From NCBI GenBank assembly GCA_030770535.1, contig JASVEC010000017.1:124001-188000 (forward strand): a stretch of 64,000 bases of DNA. The letters are read 5' to 3'. Of the stretch, positions 40,245-52,158 are shown piece by piece (positions within the stretch are counted from its first letter, which is position 1; the number at the start of each line of letters is the position of its first letter). The notes beneath the pieces are model-generated. The model was given only the letters and a program-made list of their open reading frames with translations. It was not told the DNA's origin and made no database searches. Source of the stretch: Batkoa obscura. Taxonomy: Eukaryota. The position numbers were made by a program, and so were the translations under genes.

Positions 40245-41587
40245 AACAGTAAAGTCAAAAAACATGATTCCAGATTGTGCTTGCCTAAGTTCAAATGATA
40301 TTTAAAAATTTTGTAGACCTAATTCATCAAATAATGTGGGGGTAATTGATTTAAAATCTAAAATTTTTTAGTTTTTGCATTTTGGTCTAAAACTATCAGA
40401 ATTCGATGTAATAAGTTAATAAGTATCTTGAATTATATAGCTGTCTAATTCCAAATATATGCTGTATAGTTATAATTTTTACAATCAATAATTTGTATGA
40501 TTGTGGTGATTTGAAGCTTGACATTTAAATTTTTATTTGAAAATAAACAATTAGCCGCATATATTTGATCTTAAACAGCTGTATTTTATTTAAAATTGAA
40601 GCACTATTACTAGGTTATTTTCTAATTGTTTATTGCTATTGAATTTGATAGATATAGTTCAAGTTTATTGTTATGAGTAATAAATTATTTTGTATTATTT
40701 CATTTGAATTATTACTAAAGGGCTTAAAGTAATATTTCTTTTCATACTATGAAATCAAATTTAAATTAGTATATTTAATTTGTACTTTAAACAGAAATAA
40801 TTAATAGCCAAATAAAGTTAATTAGTATTCGAACATGTTTGATTTTGTATTCATTTTAATAAGTAATGTTCAATGAAACGATAAAAATTATGTCAATAGA
40901 AATAAACACTTAACATATTTAAGCTACAAAGAAGGAAGATTAAATTGATGTAATTATAGCTCAATTTCAATTTACATAATGAAAATAAAACAATTTTTAA
41001 TCAGTAAATGTTTTTCTAGTCAAATTTGTTTACTTTTATACTGTTGAATAGATTAATACCTAAATTACAAATAAACTAAAAAGAGACTATATTTAAATTA
41101 CAAATAAGTCAAAAAAAGATTTAGTATGAACTTAATACATCTATATCGTTCTTTTAATTCAAACTTTAATTACTAAAATTGAGCCCTCAATAATTTGGAT
41201 TTGATTTACGTTTCATACAAAATTAATTGAGTGTCTTTTCTCTAAACTTATTGAAGGAAAAAGCCAATAAAGGGAAATTCTTTCTAGCCGTTTAAAACAA
41301 AGTTCTCATTTGAATAAAAATGGACTAAATTTATTTTTTTGCTAACAGTTTCATTTATCTTTCCATTTTGAAAATTAATGTTACGTGATTTTGGTATGTT
41401 TGGTATGGATGATCAATCCAAAAATGATGCTTTAAACTAATAATAGTTTAATGGTACTACAATAAATATATAAATACTATTCTTTATACTCTTCATACTT
41501 CATTTTTATTTCAAAAATAGATACTATTATTTTTAAACCACTATTTTTATAATACTATCTATTTAATTTAATTCAATCATTTAAAGA

Positions 41588-43258
41588 ATGAAGCTCAACT
41601 TACTTTTACTACTAGTTACTATTTTAATTTACCAAGCTCAGTGTATGAAGGTATTGATAAGCATGACCTTTGGTTCGCGTTCTCATATAAAAAATGTATT
41701 TGAAATAGGAAAAGTATTACAGGAGCGTGGCGATCAAGTAGCATACATGTCATTGAAACCAATGTTACGCTTTGCTGATGGCTATAATGTAACCAAATTC
41801 CAAGTAGGACCAGATGATATTCAAATTGATGATTTACGTGGAATAAGCGAATTAAATCAAACACCTGTTAATCCATTAGCAGATACTGTTAATGCTTTAG
41901 TGGATGGACTTCCTATAGTTTTTCGTACTACTTTTGAAGATACTTTATCGGTTATTGATGAATATAAACCAGATGTTATGATTTGTGACTTCTTTTCATC
42001 TTCTTGTATTGAAGCTGCTTATCATCGTCATATCCCACTTATTGTAGGATTCCAAACTTTGGATGGTCCTTATGTTCCACCCCCTTATATCACTGGAACT
42101 TTATCTTATTTCCCCACTACACTTGCTAATTTGAGCTTTGGGCAACGTTTTTACTCAACAGTCATACATCCACTAACTGTATTACCTTCCTTTTTAGCAC
42201 TCAATTATAGATTAAATATTGAAAGAGCACGTTATAATTTACCAACTACCGTTGTAACGAATGTAGGCAATTGGGAAAATGCACTCAAATTATGTAACAC
42301 TTTTATGGGTTTTGAAGGTGCTAGACCTTTAGATCCTAGCTTTAAGTTGGTTGGCCCTATAATGTCAGAAGAACATGCTCCATTAAGTGACGGATTAAAA
42401 CAATTTTTAGATAAAAGACAAAAAGTAGTTTATATTGCGTTTGGAAGTGGAGTTCAATTAAGCAGTAAAGATGTTAATATTATATTCAATAGTGTTAAAA
42501 AACTAGTAGAATATCAAAACGCCGACGGGATTATTTGGGCTTTAGGAAAAACTCAAAAGGCTACTTTCAATCAAACTGATATTAATATCACTCATAATGG
42601 TATCAATTTAACTGCCGAGGACTTATTAAACAATGCTCATCCAAATATTAAGTTTTTAAACTGGGCTCCTCAAGTTGCTATATTAAACCATGAGAACACT
42701 AAACTTTTTATATCTCATGGTGGTTTAGAATCTGCTTTTGAGTCCATGTACTCTGGAACTCCAATTTTAACCATTCCTTTCTTTGGTGATCAATATCGTA
42801 ATGCTCGTAAAGTAGAAGAGATGGGCTTTGGTGGATATTCGGATAGATTTACGCAAACCTCGATCTCCCTTTATAATAAAATTGGCGAAATGTTAGTCGA
42901 TAAAGACCAAAGTAGAGCCAATGCTATGCAAAAATGGCAATTGATAGCAAAAACCAATTCTAAAAAGAAATATGAAGCTGCCGATATTATTCAAGAATAC
43001 GTTGCTCTCTCTAAAGTTTGTAGAAATAAACCTGGATATAAAAATAAAAATCCAGGCTGCGAATTGGAACATCTTCTTCCCCTTTATCAATCAATTAACC
43101 CTTTGATCGCTTTTGGTGTCGATTCTATAGTTTTCGCTATTGCTATTATAGTTACTATAAGCTTACCTATTATTTATCTTGCTTCTATTCTTATCAAGCA
43201 GTTGCTTAAAATCATAAGAAATCATACTCATATTAAGAATAAGTTAAAATCTCAATGA
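41588..43258 (+). CDS. Membrane-anchored UDP-glycosyltransferase (GT1, UDPGT family)
   Basis: Signal peptide, GSRSH catalytic His, UGT signature WAPQVAILNH..LFISHGG..S..E....GTP....PFFGDQ, C-terminal TM helix and KxKxx end. Confidence 0.93.
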   Translation: MKLNLLLLLVTILIYQAQCMKVLISMTFGSRSHIKNVFEIGKVLQERGDQVAYMSLKPMLRFADGYNVTKFQVGPDDIQIDDLRGISELNQTPVNPLADTVNALVDGLPIVFRTTFEDTLSVIDEYKPDVMICDFFSSSCIEAAYHRHIPLIVGFQTLDGPYVPPPYITGTLSYFPTTLANLSFGQRFYSTVIHPLTVLPSFLALNYRLNIERARYNLPTTVVTNVGNWENALKLCNTFMGFEGARPLDPSFKLVGPIMSEEHAPLSDGLKQFLDKRQKVVYIAFGSGVQLSSKDVNIIFNSVKKLVEYQNADGIIWALGKTQKATFNQTDINITHNGINLTAEDLLNNAHPNIKFLNWAPQVAILNHENTKLFISHGGLESAFESMYSGTPILTIPFFGDQYRNARKVEEMGFGGYSDRFTQTSISLYNKIGEMLVDKDQSRANAMQKWQLIAKTNSKKKYEAADIIQEYVALSKVCRNKPGYKNKNPGCELEHLLPLYQSINPLIAFGVDSIVFAIAIIVTISLPIIYLASILIKQLLKIIRNHTHIKNKLKSQ

Positions 43259-43824
43259 TTCCTATACTTTCAATTTACTAGATGAAATAAAAAATTAATA
43301 TTAATTAATGCTGATTTCTATTTTGTTTAATTTTAATAACTTAGTATTTGTTATAAAGTACTACAATTACAAACCAAACCAATGACTTTCATATGAAAGT
43401 ACATTACTCTCACTTAATACAATAGTTGATAAAACTAATTCTTGATAATAGAGTCTAAAAATAATAAAAATTAGCGACAATGCATTTGAATAGAGAAGTA
43501 ATACAGCTTAAACTACTCTTTGTTGAGAGTTTAATTCTATCTCAAATTCTATTCAGAGACTCAACTTCGTCCATCAAAGTTTACAATATAAAGTCAGTTA
43601 AATTTTCAATAAGCTTCTACTTCAAGCATTGAACATTTTGTCGAGTTAATAAGGTGTATTAAAAATAATTAGAGGCCGCTTTTGATGTAAAAACTATTTT
43701 ATTTTCTTTAAAAAATCAGTAACAATATAGATCCAAACGATTGGTTACATCAAGTTTTAAAATTTTTATTTCCTGTTTATTTCAACCAGAAAGTTAAAGT
43801 ACAGCCACATTCTTTTTTCAAAAA

Positions 43825-44233
43825 ATTATTAGGATTTTCCTAAAGTAATCTGATCTTTTTAATTTGTACAAAAAATAGATCATAGGCTACAATAGTAATT
43901 TCATTTTTTAAAATTTTGTCAAGAATTATTTTGATTAAAATATTTTAATTTTACTTCCACTAAAACAAGCATTTAACTGTATTCCACAACCACCAATAAT
44001 AGAACATATATTACTTTATTATTGGTTTATAATAACTGTTCAGAAGACTAAAAACTAACGCTATAGCGCAGAATGTTATTTGATTGTTCATAGTAACATT
44101 TTTTAAGTCGGAATTTACCTCTTTTTGGCAATTATGACTAATTTTACAAAAATTAGTTCTATAGTTGCAGTTGGTTGCTTTTGCTACTTGCACCACAAAA
44201 AAGGTCAGATTACTTTAGAAAAACCATAATAAT
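43825..44233. mobile_element. MITE-like element D (~410 bp, ~45 bp imperfect TIR)
   Basis: attattaggattttcctaaagtaatctgatcttttt ... aaaaaaggtcagattactttagaaaaaccataataat. Confidence 0.72.
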
Positions 44234-45068
44234 AGGAATTCTAAATTTTAGGCTTAAAAGCATGAGCAAAAAATATATAGTAAATATTTTATAATTTCAT
44301 TCCTTTCAATTTACAAAGTAATTATATAGTATTTTTACAGTTTACTGATCAACTTTACTAAAATGCTAATGATAGAAAGCGTCTTTATTTTCAACTATAT
44401 AAGTTATGAAAAAATAAAAACTCTAAAGTATTTATACACATAAACGTGGACATTTATCAATCTTTTCCTTATATTTAAGAAAAAGAAAAGCAATGGTTTT
44501 TATTTAAAAGAAAGTACTCTATTTACTAATAAGAATTCATTATAAGTTAAAATATTTATTAATGTAAAGCATTTCACTTATTAAAATAACGTGGTCGATT
44601 AAAAATTAATGAGATTCTATTGTTTAAAGGAGTTTTATTAAATATTGGCTAAAAAAGGAAATAGTAGAGCCTTGAGTAAATGAAATGAAATGAAATATAA
44701 GTTATCAGATAAGAATAAGACTAGAATTTTATATTTTGTAAATTCATGGTTTATTAATAATTACTTTGATGAAAAAAAGGAATAGAGTGAGGAAGTACTG
44801 GATTCTATAATGGAAAGTCAAAAGAATGATATATATAACAGTAAAAGAACATACAAGTTGTTTTATGTTTGAATTCCAACTTTTTATTTACAAATCATTT
44901 TAGTTTAATTTTAAATCGATACATAAAAAACTTAGTTATCCTTTGTTCATTTACTAAAAACAGGTGGTTTACAATAAATTGTACCACTATATGGAACAAA
45001 ACCTTAATTCTAATCCAGTTATATATAAAAACTCACAAAAAAGTAACAGTTATTTTTGTTATATTAAA

Positions 45069-46664
45069 ATGAGTACTATTAACCTTAATAATAAAACAAT
45101 CCAAGAGTTAAGTTTAGGGATAGTGGAAAACCGATGGAAAGCAATAGAAGTACTAAATCATTTTCAACAAAAAGCACATTTAGCAAATGAAAAAACAAAT
45201 TGTATAACTGAATTTATGGATGAGTATAGTGAAAAGACAGCTGCAGAAATCGATATCAACATACAAGCTGGTAAAAAATATGATTTAAATGAATACCCCT
45301 TATTAGGTATTCCAGTGTCCATAAAAGATTTATTTGATGTAGAAGGTTATGATACCGTTGCTGCATATCAAATAAATATAGGTAAGAAGGCGAATGAAGA
45401 TGCCGGTATCGTGAAACTGATTAAACAGCTAGGTGGTATTCCATTTTGTAAAACAACTATATGCCAATTTGCAATTACAAGTGAAAGCTCAAGTTCTTTA
45501 CATGGTACTACATACAATGCTTACAATCCAAAGTATTCAGCAGGTGGTAGTAGTTCTGGTGAAGGTCCTTTGATTGCTCTAAAAGGGTCCCCATTAGGTA
45601 TTGGTTCTGATATAGGTGGTAGTTTAAGATACCCATCAGCATGGAATGGAATCTATACAATCAAACCCAGTTTTGATATTTTACCTGTGAATGGTAGTTT
45701 TATTTTTGAAAGGGGACAAAGTTTTATTAAAGCGGTGACGGGACCAATGGTTAGTAATATGACTGATTTAAAATATATTTGGGAGGCTTTATTAAGCAAG
45801 GACTTACGAGCTTTCGACCCAAATTGTATCCCATTGGCTAAAATGGAACCATCTATTAAAAAGAAAAGATTTGGTTATTTCACTTCCTGTGATAGTTTAC
45901 CTACTACACCAGCAGTTGAAAGAGCAGTGAATGAAGCGGTACAAGCGTTGGAAAAGGGAGGTTATGAAGCGGTAAAATTTCAACCCCATTCTATGCTGGA
46001 AGTATTTGGTTTAGGTAGTAAGATTTTTGGTGCTAACTCAAGCAAAGAAAGTATTGAAAAAATAACTAATGAAGGGTATCATTCAACCATTCGAGATTTA
46101 ATGTTTTTTACCAAGTTACCAGGAATAGTAAAATTGTTTTCAGAATGGGTTTTAAAATTGTTTGGGGAAGAATTAATAAGCTACGGAGCTAGCATTCAAC
46201 ATCAAAGGAAAGTAGAAGAACTTTGGAAGTTGCAACATGAAGTGGAAAATTATTTTATAGAGTTTACAAAGCATTATGAAGGATTAGATATCGAATTTTT
46301 AATTTCTCCAATACATGCTTTACCTGGCCATAAACATGGTGAATTTATGAGCACTTGTTTTGGCACGGCTTATTCTCTGTATTTTAATATTTTAAAGATA
46401 CCATCAGGTATAATACCAGTTACAAATGTAGATCCTAAAGTGGATTCTTTTGAGTTAAAGGAGTGGTTAAGTGATAAAATCAGTAATGGTCTTAATTTGG
46501 GTAGAAAGGGATTAACGGATTTTTATGGCTGCTATGATGCTACAGAAATGCAAGGACTTCCTGTTGGATTACAAATCAGTTGCAAAAGGTATGAGGATTC
46601 TAAAGTATTAGAAGCTATGAAAATTGTAGATGATACTTTAAAAGAGTTTAAAAAGATGAGTTGA
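45069..46664 (+). CDS. Amidase-signature family enzyme (FAAH/acetamidase-like)
   Basis: PLLGIPVSIKD, SAGGSSSGEG, GSDIGGSLRYP (Ser-cisSer-Lys triad); start taken at MSTINL by alignment with the paralogue at 53772. Confidence 0.93.
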   Translation: MSTINLNNKTIQELSLGIVENRWKAIEVLNHFQQKAHLANEKTNCITEFMDEYSEKTAAEIDINIQAGKKYDLNEYPLLGIPVSIKDLFDVEGYDTVAAYQINIGKKANEDAGIVKLIKQLGGIPFCKTTICQFAITSESSSSLHGTTYNAYNPKYSAGGSSSGEGPLIALKGSPLGIGSDIGGSLRYPSAWNGIYTIKPSFDILPVNGSFIFERGQSFIKAVTGPMVSNMTDLKYIWEALLSKDLRAFDPNCIPLAKMEPSIKKKRFGYFTSCDSLPTTPAVERAVNEAVQALEKGGYEAVKFQPHSMLEVFGLGSKIFGANSSKESIEKITNEGYHSTIRDLMFFTKLPGIVKLFSEWVLKLFGEELISYGASIQHQRKVEELWKLQHEVENYFIEFTKHYEGLDIEFLISPIHALPGHKHGEFMSTCFGTAYSLYFNILKIPSGIIPVTNVDPKVDSFELKEWLSDKISNGLNLGRKGLTDFYGCYDATEMQGLPVGLQISCKRYEDSKVLEAMKIVDDTLKEFKKMS

Positions 46665-46969
46665 ATTTTATTATATTGAACTGTTTTTAGTTACGTGACT
46701 ATTTTTATCTAAATAAAAGCATCAAGTCATTAATTATTTGAGTTTAAAATAGGAATAATTACCCATTAAAAGAAGCATTGTACTAATTATCAAATTGATT
46801 TTTTTAAGTTTATAGTAACCAAAATTTATAACACGAAAGCTATTAAAAGGTATATTAACACTTAGTAATGTTAGTACTATTATTGTTCATTTTAACAAAT
46901 ACATTAAACCCAATGTCGTTACTATTCAAACATTTTAGTGAAGTAAAATTTTCAGCTTTTTATTTAAAA

Positions 46970-47075
46970 ATATGGGAATATATTTTTTTGTTTAAGAATT
47001 TTACTAATAACTTTTCCGCTCAAATAGCGCTTAAAAGATGGAAAAAGTAATGAAGTCGAAAAAAACACCCCATAT
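46970..47075 (-). mobile_element. MITE-like family A, copy 8
   Basis: atatgggaatatattttttt...aaaaacaccccatat. Confidence 0.87.
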
Positions 47076-47295
47076 ATTTTTTATTAATCAAAAATTATAT
47101 CAATTTTCAAATTATATTATATTATAAAACAATCATAAAAAATTGAACTATCAATTCAATGTCCAAAATACAACTATTGAACTAATAAAAATCTGAAAAT
47201 ATTAAACAAGTAATTGAACCTATTACTACATCCAAAGAAGAAGCTATTAACAAAATAAATACTCCAATTATTGATCTTTATCGTCAATAAGTATT

Positions 47296-47400
47296 ATATG
47301 AGGATGTTTTTTTGGTTTCATTACTTTTTCCATTTTTTAAGCGCTATTTGAGCGGAAAAATTATTAGTAAAATTATTAAATAAAAAAATATATTCCCATT
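47296..47400 (+). mobile_element. MITE-like family A, copy 9
   Basis: atatgaggatgttttttt...aaaaaaatatattcccat. Confidence 0.87.
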
Positions 47401-48099
47401 AGATTATAACCGATATTTTAATTTACATTCAATGACTCCAACTATATTAAACAATTTTAATAAAAGTGTATCAAATGTTTTATATTAGTTTAACAAGAGA
47501 ATAATTATAATGGCGTTAATTTGATTATTTAATAGTATATTCAAAATTCAAACTTAAAGTAGTAACTATTTAATTTAGTTATATAGGGCTTTTAAATATG
47601 AGGTATTTAAAATTCCATATTATTATTATAAGAATAATTGTATTAAATATTTCCCCTCTTAAAATTAGTTATAATTTTTATTAACAAATTAAATTTATTA
47701 TTATGTTTTAATACTTTATTTCATATTTAATCTTAACGTTATATTTTTTAGTTATATTAAACAATAAAAATTTATTAATTTTTGATCATTTTTTCGATCA
47801 TTAAAAATGACCAATAGCAACTCTAAAAATTCGACTTCATTGGTAAAAATTTTCAAAGTTGAAGTAAGCCCTTTAAAAAAAAATTCTAATCAATTAAGAG
47901 GTTCCAATCCTCGGTACCTACGATGAATATTTCAATATTATAAATTCCAGAGGCTAACAATATAACAAATAATAAAATTTAATGAAGCGTATAAAACAAC
48001 TACTAAATACCTTTAACACCTTTAATTTTTATTTTTTCTTTATAACTACTTAATCTCATTTATTTTTTTTACTCTGGCCAGTAAAAAAAACATCTATAA

Positions 48100-50394
48100 A
48101 TGTATCAACTAATTTTAATAAGCATATTAATCCAAGCCATCAGCAATCATATTATTGATGAAGCCAGTATTAATTTAGGAAAAAAATTTCAAGATAGTAG
48201 TAAAATAGTATTATCCACAGATCAAGATATCACTTTAAAATCAGGAAAACGGTATGAATACCCGTTTATGGCTTTAATTTCAGATCAAAAAACCCAATGT
48301 GGTGGAGCATTTATAAAACAAGATGTAGTATTGACAGCGGCTCATTGTATGAGCGAAGATGTTGATTATAACATAAAAAATTTTAAAGTTATGTTACATC
48401 GTTTTCGATTAGATGTGGATTTAGATGCGGATAACTCGAAGCCATTTTCAATTCAACAAGTAATTTTTCATCCGGAATACAATTTTAATAAAAAATCAGG
48501 CACTCCAAATGATATTGTTATATTAAAGATAAATAACAATAATTTAAAGGAATATTTGGGTATTAATTTGAATCATATGATTACTTTAGATGATGGTAAA
48601 TATTCTAAAGTAGGTGAAGGGGCTAAATTATTAGGTTGGGGTACAACTTATAAACAATTAGAAACTAATAAAAAAGGAAAACCAAGTTTAGTATTAAAAG
48701 AAATGAATTTAAAATTAGTGAATGAAAAGTTGTGCAATTTTGTTGGTTATAAAAGAGGTTATAATTTATGTACTCAAGGTTTATCAGTGGATGATATTCC
48801 TTGTAAAGGGGATTCGGGTAGTCCATTGTTTCATTTATCTGAAGACACTACTTTACCTGTTTTAGTTGGTTTAGTTTCCTTTGGTGATTTAGAATGTAAA
48901 AGTTATTCTGCTTTTGTTAAAATTTCAGCTTATTTGGATTTTATTAATGAATTTGTAGAATTACCTCAATATAATAAATCAATTATTGGGGATACTACTA
49001 CTACTACTACTTCATCAGTAATAAATCAATCTATGGTTACTCTAGAATCTAGTGTTTCTGGTTCTATATCAACTATTTCAACTACTATTATTCCTACTCT
49101 TATTCCATCCGAATCTAAAGCAACAGTTACTAAAACAGCCGTTATAAATGAAACTACACCAACTATTAAACCAGCTGATATTAATAGTCTTTCATCTATT
49201 ACAGTAACAGTAACTGAAAAAGACCCAATGATTACTTCATCAGTTGTTTTAGAGCCAATGACTACTTTTGAAACGTTAAGTAATTCTAAATTAATTCCAG
49301 AGTCTGTGACTCCAACTTCGTTAATTTTACCTTCCACAGAATTTAATTCAATTAAAGTTAAACCAACTGCTAATACTGATGAATTAAGTTCCATTCAAGT
49401 TAAACCAACTAATACAGTTAATGAATCTACCTCAACATTCCCAGAAATGCTTGGAGATCAAAAGGAGTTAATTCGTACTACTTCAATAGAACATGAAATG
49501 AATAAACCAACATCAAATAGTTCAATAAATAGAAGTAATGATAATTTAAAATCAACCTCTATATCGGAAGATGCTTCTATAATGGAATCTTCCAATATTG
49601 TAAAACCAACTTCAATGTCTGAGGATGTTTTAACTATGAAACCTACAGGTATTTCATCCAATGAAACTTCCAACATAGTTCAGCCGACTTCTCTTTCGGA
49701 AGATAATCCTAAAACTGAATCTATTGCTATTGGTACTGAGTTAACAGATGTGGCTACTGAAAGTAGTTCTAATTCGAGGACTAATAATCTTAATCAGACC
49801 TCTATTCCTACTAAATCTAGCTCCATTTTAAAAACTAGTAGCACAGATGATATTGGCATTCCTACCGATATTAGCTCTACTTTAAAACCTAGCATCACTG
49901 AGTTAACGGATACACCTTTAAAAGTTAGTTCTACTTTGAAATTTAATGAAACTGAATTGAGCTCTATTCCTACTGAAGTCGGCTCCAGTTTGGTAACCAA
50001 GAATACCGAAACCACTTCTATTCCTACAGAACTTAATTCTAGTTTGAAATCTAGGGATGTTGAATTAATTCCTACACCAACAGATGTTAATCTTACTTTA
50101 AGTAAATTACCATCCATTAGAGTAGCAACTGGATCTGAATCAATCTTACCAACTGTAGCAACTAGTACTTTAAATTCCTTACCTAGTAAACTCTATAAAA
50201 CAAATAATGCTTCAATTACTTCATCTTTACCATCCACTGCGATGAATACTTCTTCTATACCTTCAATTAATGAATTAGAACCTATTGTTAAAGAGGTAGC
50301 TAAAAATATGGAATCCAATCCAAAGATCAATGATAATCAAATAAAGGAATTAATTCAATATTTACTTCGAAAATATACTCACAGTAAAAAATAA
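48100..50394 (+). CDS. Secreted S1 (chymotrypsin-fold) serine protease with a long Ser/Thr/Pro-rich tail
   Basis: Signal peptide, CGG, LTAAHC, NDIVIL, CKGDSGSP; about 430 aa of S/T-rich C-terminal sequence. Confidence 0.9.
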   Translation: MYQLILISILIQAISNHIIDEASINLGKKFQDSSKIVLSTDQDITLKSGKRYEYPFMALISDQKTQCGGAFIKQDVVLTAAHCMSEDVDYNIKNFKVMLHRFRLDVDLDADNSKPFSIQQVIFHPEYNFNKKSGTPNDIVILKINNNNLKEYLGINLNHMITLDDGKYSKVGEGAKLLGWGTTYKQLETNKKGKPSLVLKEMNLKLVNEKLCNFVGYKRGYNLCTQGLSVDDIPCKGDSGSPLFHLSEDTTLPVLVGLVSFGDLECKSYSAFVKISAYLDFINEFVELPQYNKSIIGDTTTTTTSSVINQSMVTLESSVSGSISTISTTIIPTLIPSESKATVTKTAVINETTPTIKPADINSLSSITVTVTEKDPMITSSVVLEPMTTFETLSNSKLIPESVTPTSLILPSTEFNSIKVKPTANTDELSSIQVKPTNTVNESTSTFPEMLGDQKELIRTTSIEHEMNKPTSNSSINRSNDNLKSTSISEDASIMESSNIVKPTSMSEDVLTMKPTGISSNETSNIVQPTSLSEDNPKTESIAIGTELTDVATESSSNSRTNNLNQTSIPTKSSSILKTSSTDDIGIPTDISSTLKPSITELTDTPLKVSSTLKFNETELSSIPTEVGSSLVTKNTETTSIPTELNSSLKSRDVELIPTPTDVNLTLSKLPSIRVATGSESILPTVATSTLNSLPSKLYKTNNASITSSLPSTAMNTSSIPSINELEPIVKEVAKNMESNPKINDNQIKELIQYLLRKYTHSKK

Positions 50395-50520
50395 CAAGTC
50401 AATATAAGGATTATGATGTTAATAAACATATATAAAATATAAAAATATATATATTTTTATTTATTTTTAAATTTAATATTATTATTTTTATTACTTTTAT
50501 TTATTCTTTCAAAATCAGAA

Positions 50521-50804
50521 TTACCATTTCGGATAACCAAATTGTTTAGTTGCTTGTAAAAAGGGGGCGTATGCTAAATAAATAAATATTATTCCATTAT
50601 AAATATATATTATATAAACTTACTTGTATGACAATCACTATTTTCATAATGTAATAATGCCTTTGGCATCATTTGATTTAAGTTTTTTAATCGATATTCC
50701 GAGCTTGGATGAGTTGATAAAAAACTTAATTTACCAAACATACCATCTAATTGAGACATTCTTTCCCATACTCTTAATGCTATTATAATGTTATTATTGA
50801 TATG

Positions 50805-50885
<81 letters not shown>

Positions 50886-51916
50886 ATTAATTATTATTAA
50901 TTATTATAAATTTACCTTCTTTTGGATTAAAACAAGCTCTAGATGCTAGTATTAAGCCAATTTCATCCGCTTCAATTTCACATTTTCTACTAAATGGTAA
51001 AAATATACCTTTAATAAAAAAATTAATATTGATTATTAATATTGTATTATCGGATTGTTATTATTTACCTAATTCTAAAAAGTACTTATTAAACAAAAAG
51101 GAAGGATCTGTAATTAAAGATATTAAAAAAGTTCCCTATAAATTATTGTTAACTTAATATTCTATTAAAAATAATTATTTACCAAATAAACCAATTGATT
51201 GAAGGACATCTTTTCAGCTGAATGTCGAGCAATTTGATGAGCTACCTAAAATAATAAAAAATAAGAACATTATCTTAAAAAAACATTGTATTATTATAAC
51301 AAACTACTTACCTCATGTCCCAAAATAATCCCTAAAGCATCTTTATTATCAGCTACTTCTAAAATACCAGTGAAAACAAAGATTTTACCACCTAAAAAAA
51401 GCATCATCAATCTTCAATCTTTAATCTTCCATCAATCCATTTCTTTTTTTTTAAAAAACGAAAATTAATTCTACCTGGTAAAACAAAAGCATTTGGTATT
51501 TTATCATGAATGACGTTCACTTCCCATTTTAAATCCAAGCCAGAAACATTAATAATTCGTTCCGCTACTTCTTGTACATATCGACTAACTCGATGATTTT
51601 TATCCACTAATTTATGACCATACTCTGATAATACTTGTTCATACGCTTGTATACTTAACTTTTCTTCTGCTTCTAAACTCATATTGATAAATCTCATACG
51701 CCCACTGATAGGTACGGGCTCAAGATGAACATAGTAGTATACTCCTAATAAACCTCCTCCACCAAAAATAAGTAATCGACTATCAATACCAAACTTCGTT
51801 TTATTGACTGTATTGAAGCGTTGATATTGTTGATTGTTACCGAAATGTCGCAGTTGAGTGGGTTTAATATGGAGAGGTTTAAATGTACGCTGAAGGGATT
51901 TAAATAAAAGTGACAT
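50521..51916 (-). CDS. OMA1: Mitochondrial M48 metalloprotease Oma1 (multi-exon)
   Basis: HLEPVPISGRMRF, PNAFVLPGGKI, spliced HEVAH..ARH, PFSRKCEIEADEIGL, FLSTHPS; mitochondrial-type N-terminus. Confidence 0.93.
50806..50907 (+). repeat. (ATT)n microsatellite in an OMA1 intron
   Basis: Direct sequence. Confidence 0.9.
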
Positions 51917-52158
51917 TTTGTCTAAAGTTTGGTTTTATGAAATACAAAAAAAGAAACGTTGGTGACGTAAAATTAAAAATTTTGATTTACTGAAATTTAT
52001 TAGACTTGATGTTTTATTTTCTCTGTTTAAAAAACTTTTAACAAAATTTCATAAAGAACTTAAAAATTATACAAGGTGATCCTAAATAAAATAATTATTT
52101 TTATTGATTTAAAATCTTATTATTAAGTTTTATTATAGTACTCATAATATTTAAATTG

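Noticed and set aside
44964..45068. N-terminal extension of the first amidase from a GTG start
   Set aside because: The paralogue aligns from the ATG at 45069; the upstream sequence looks like UTR
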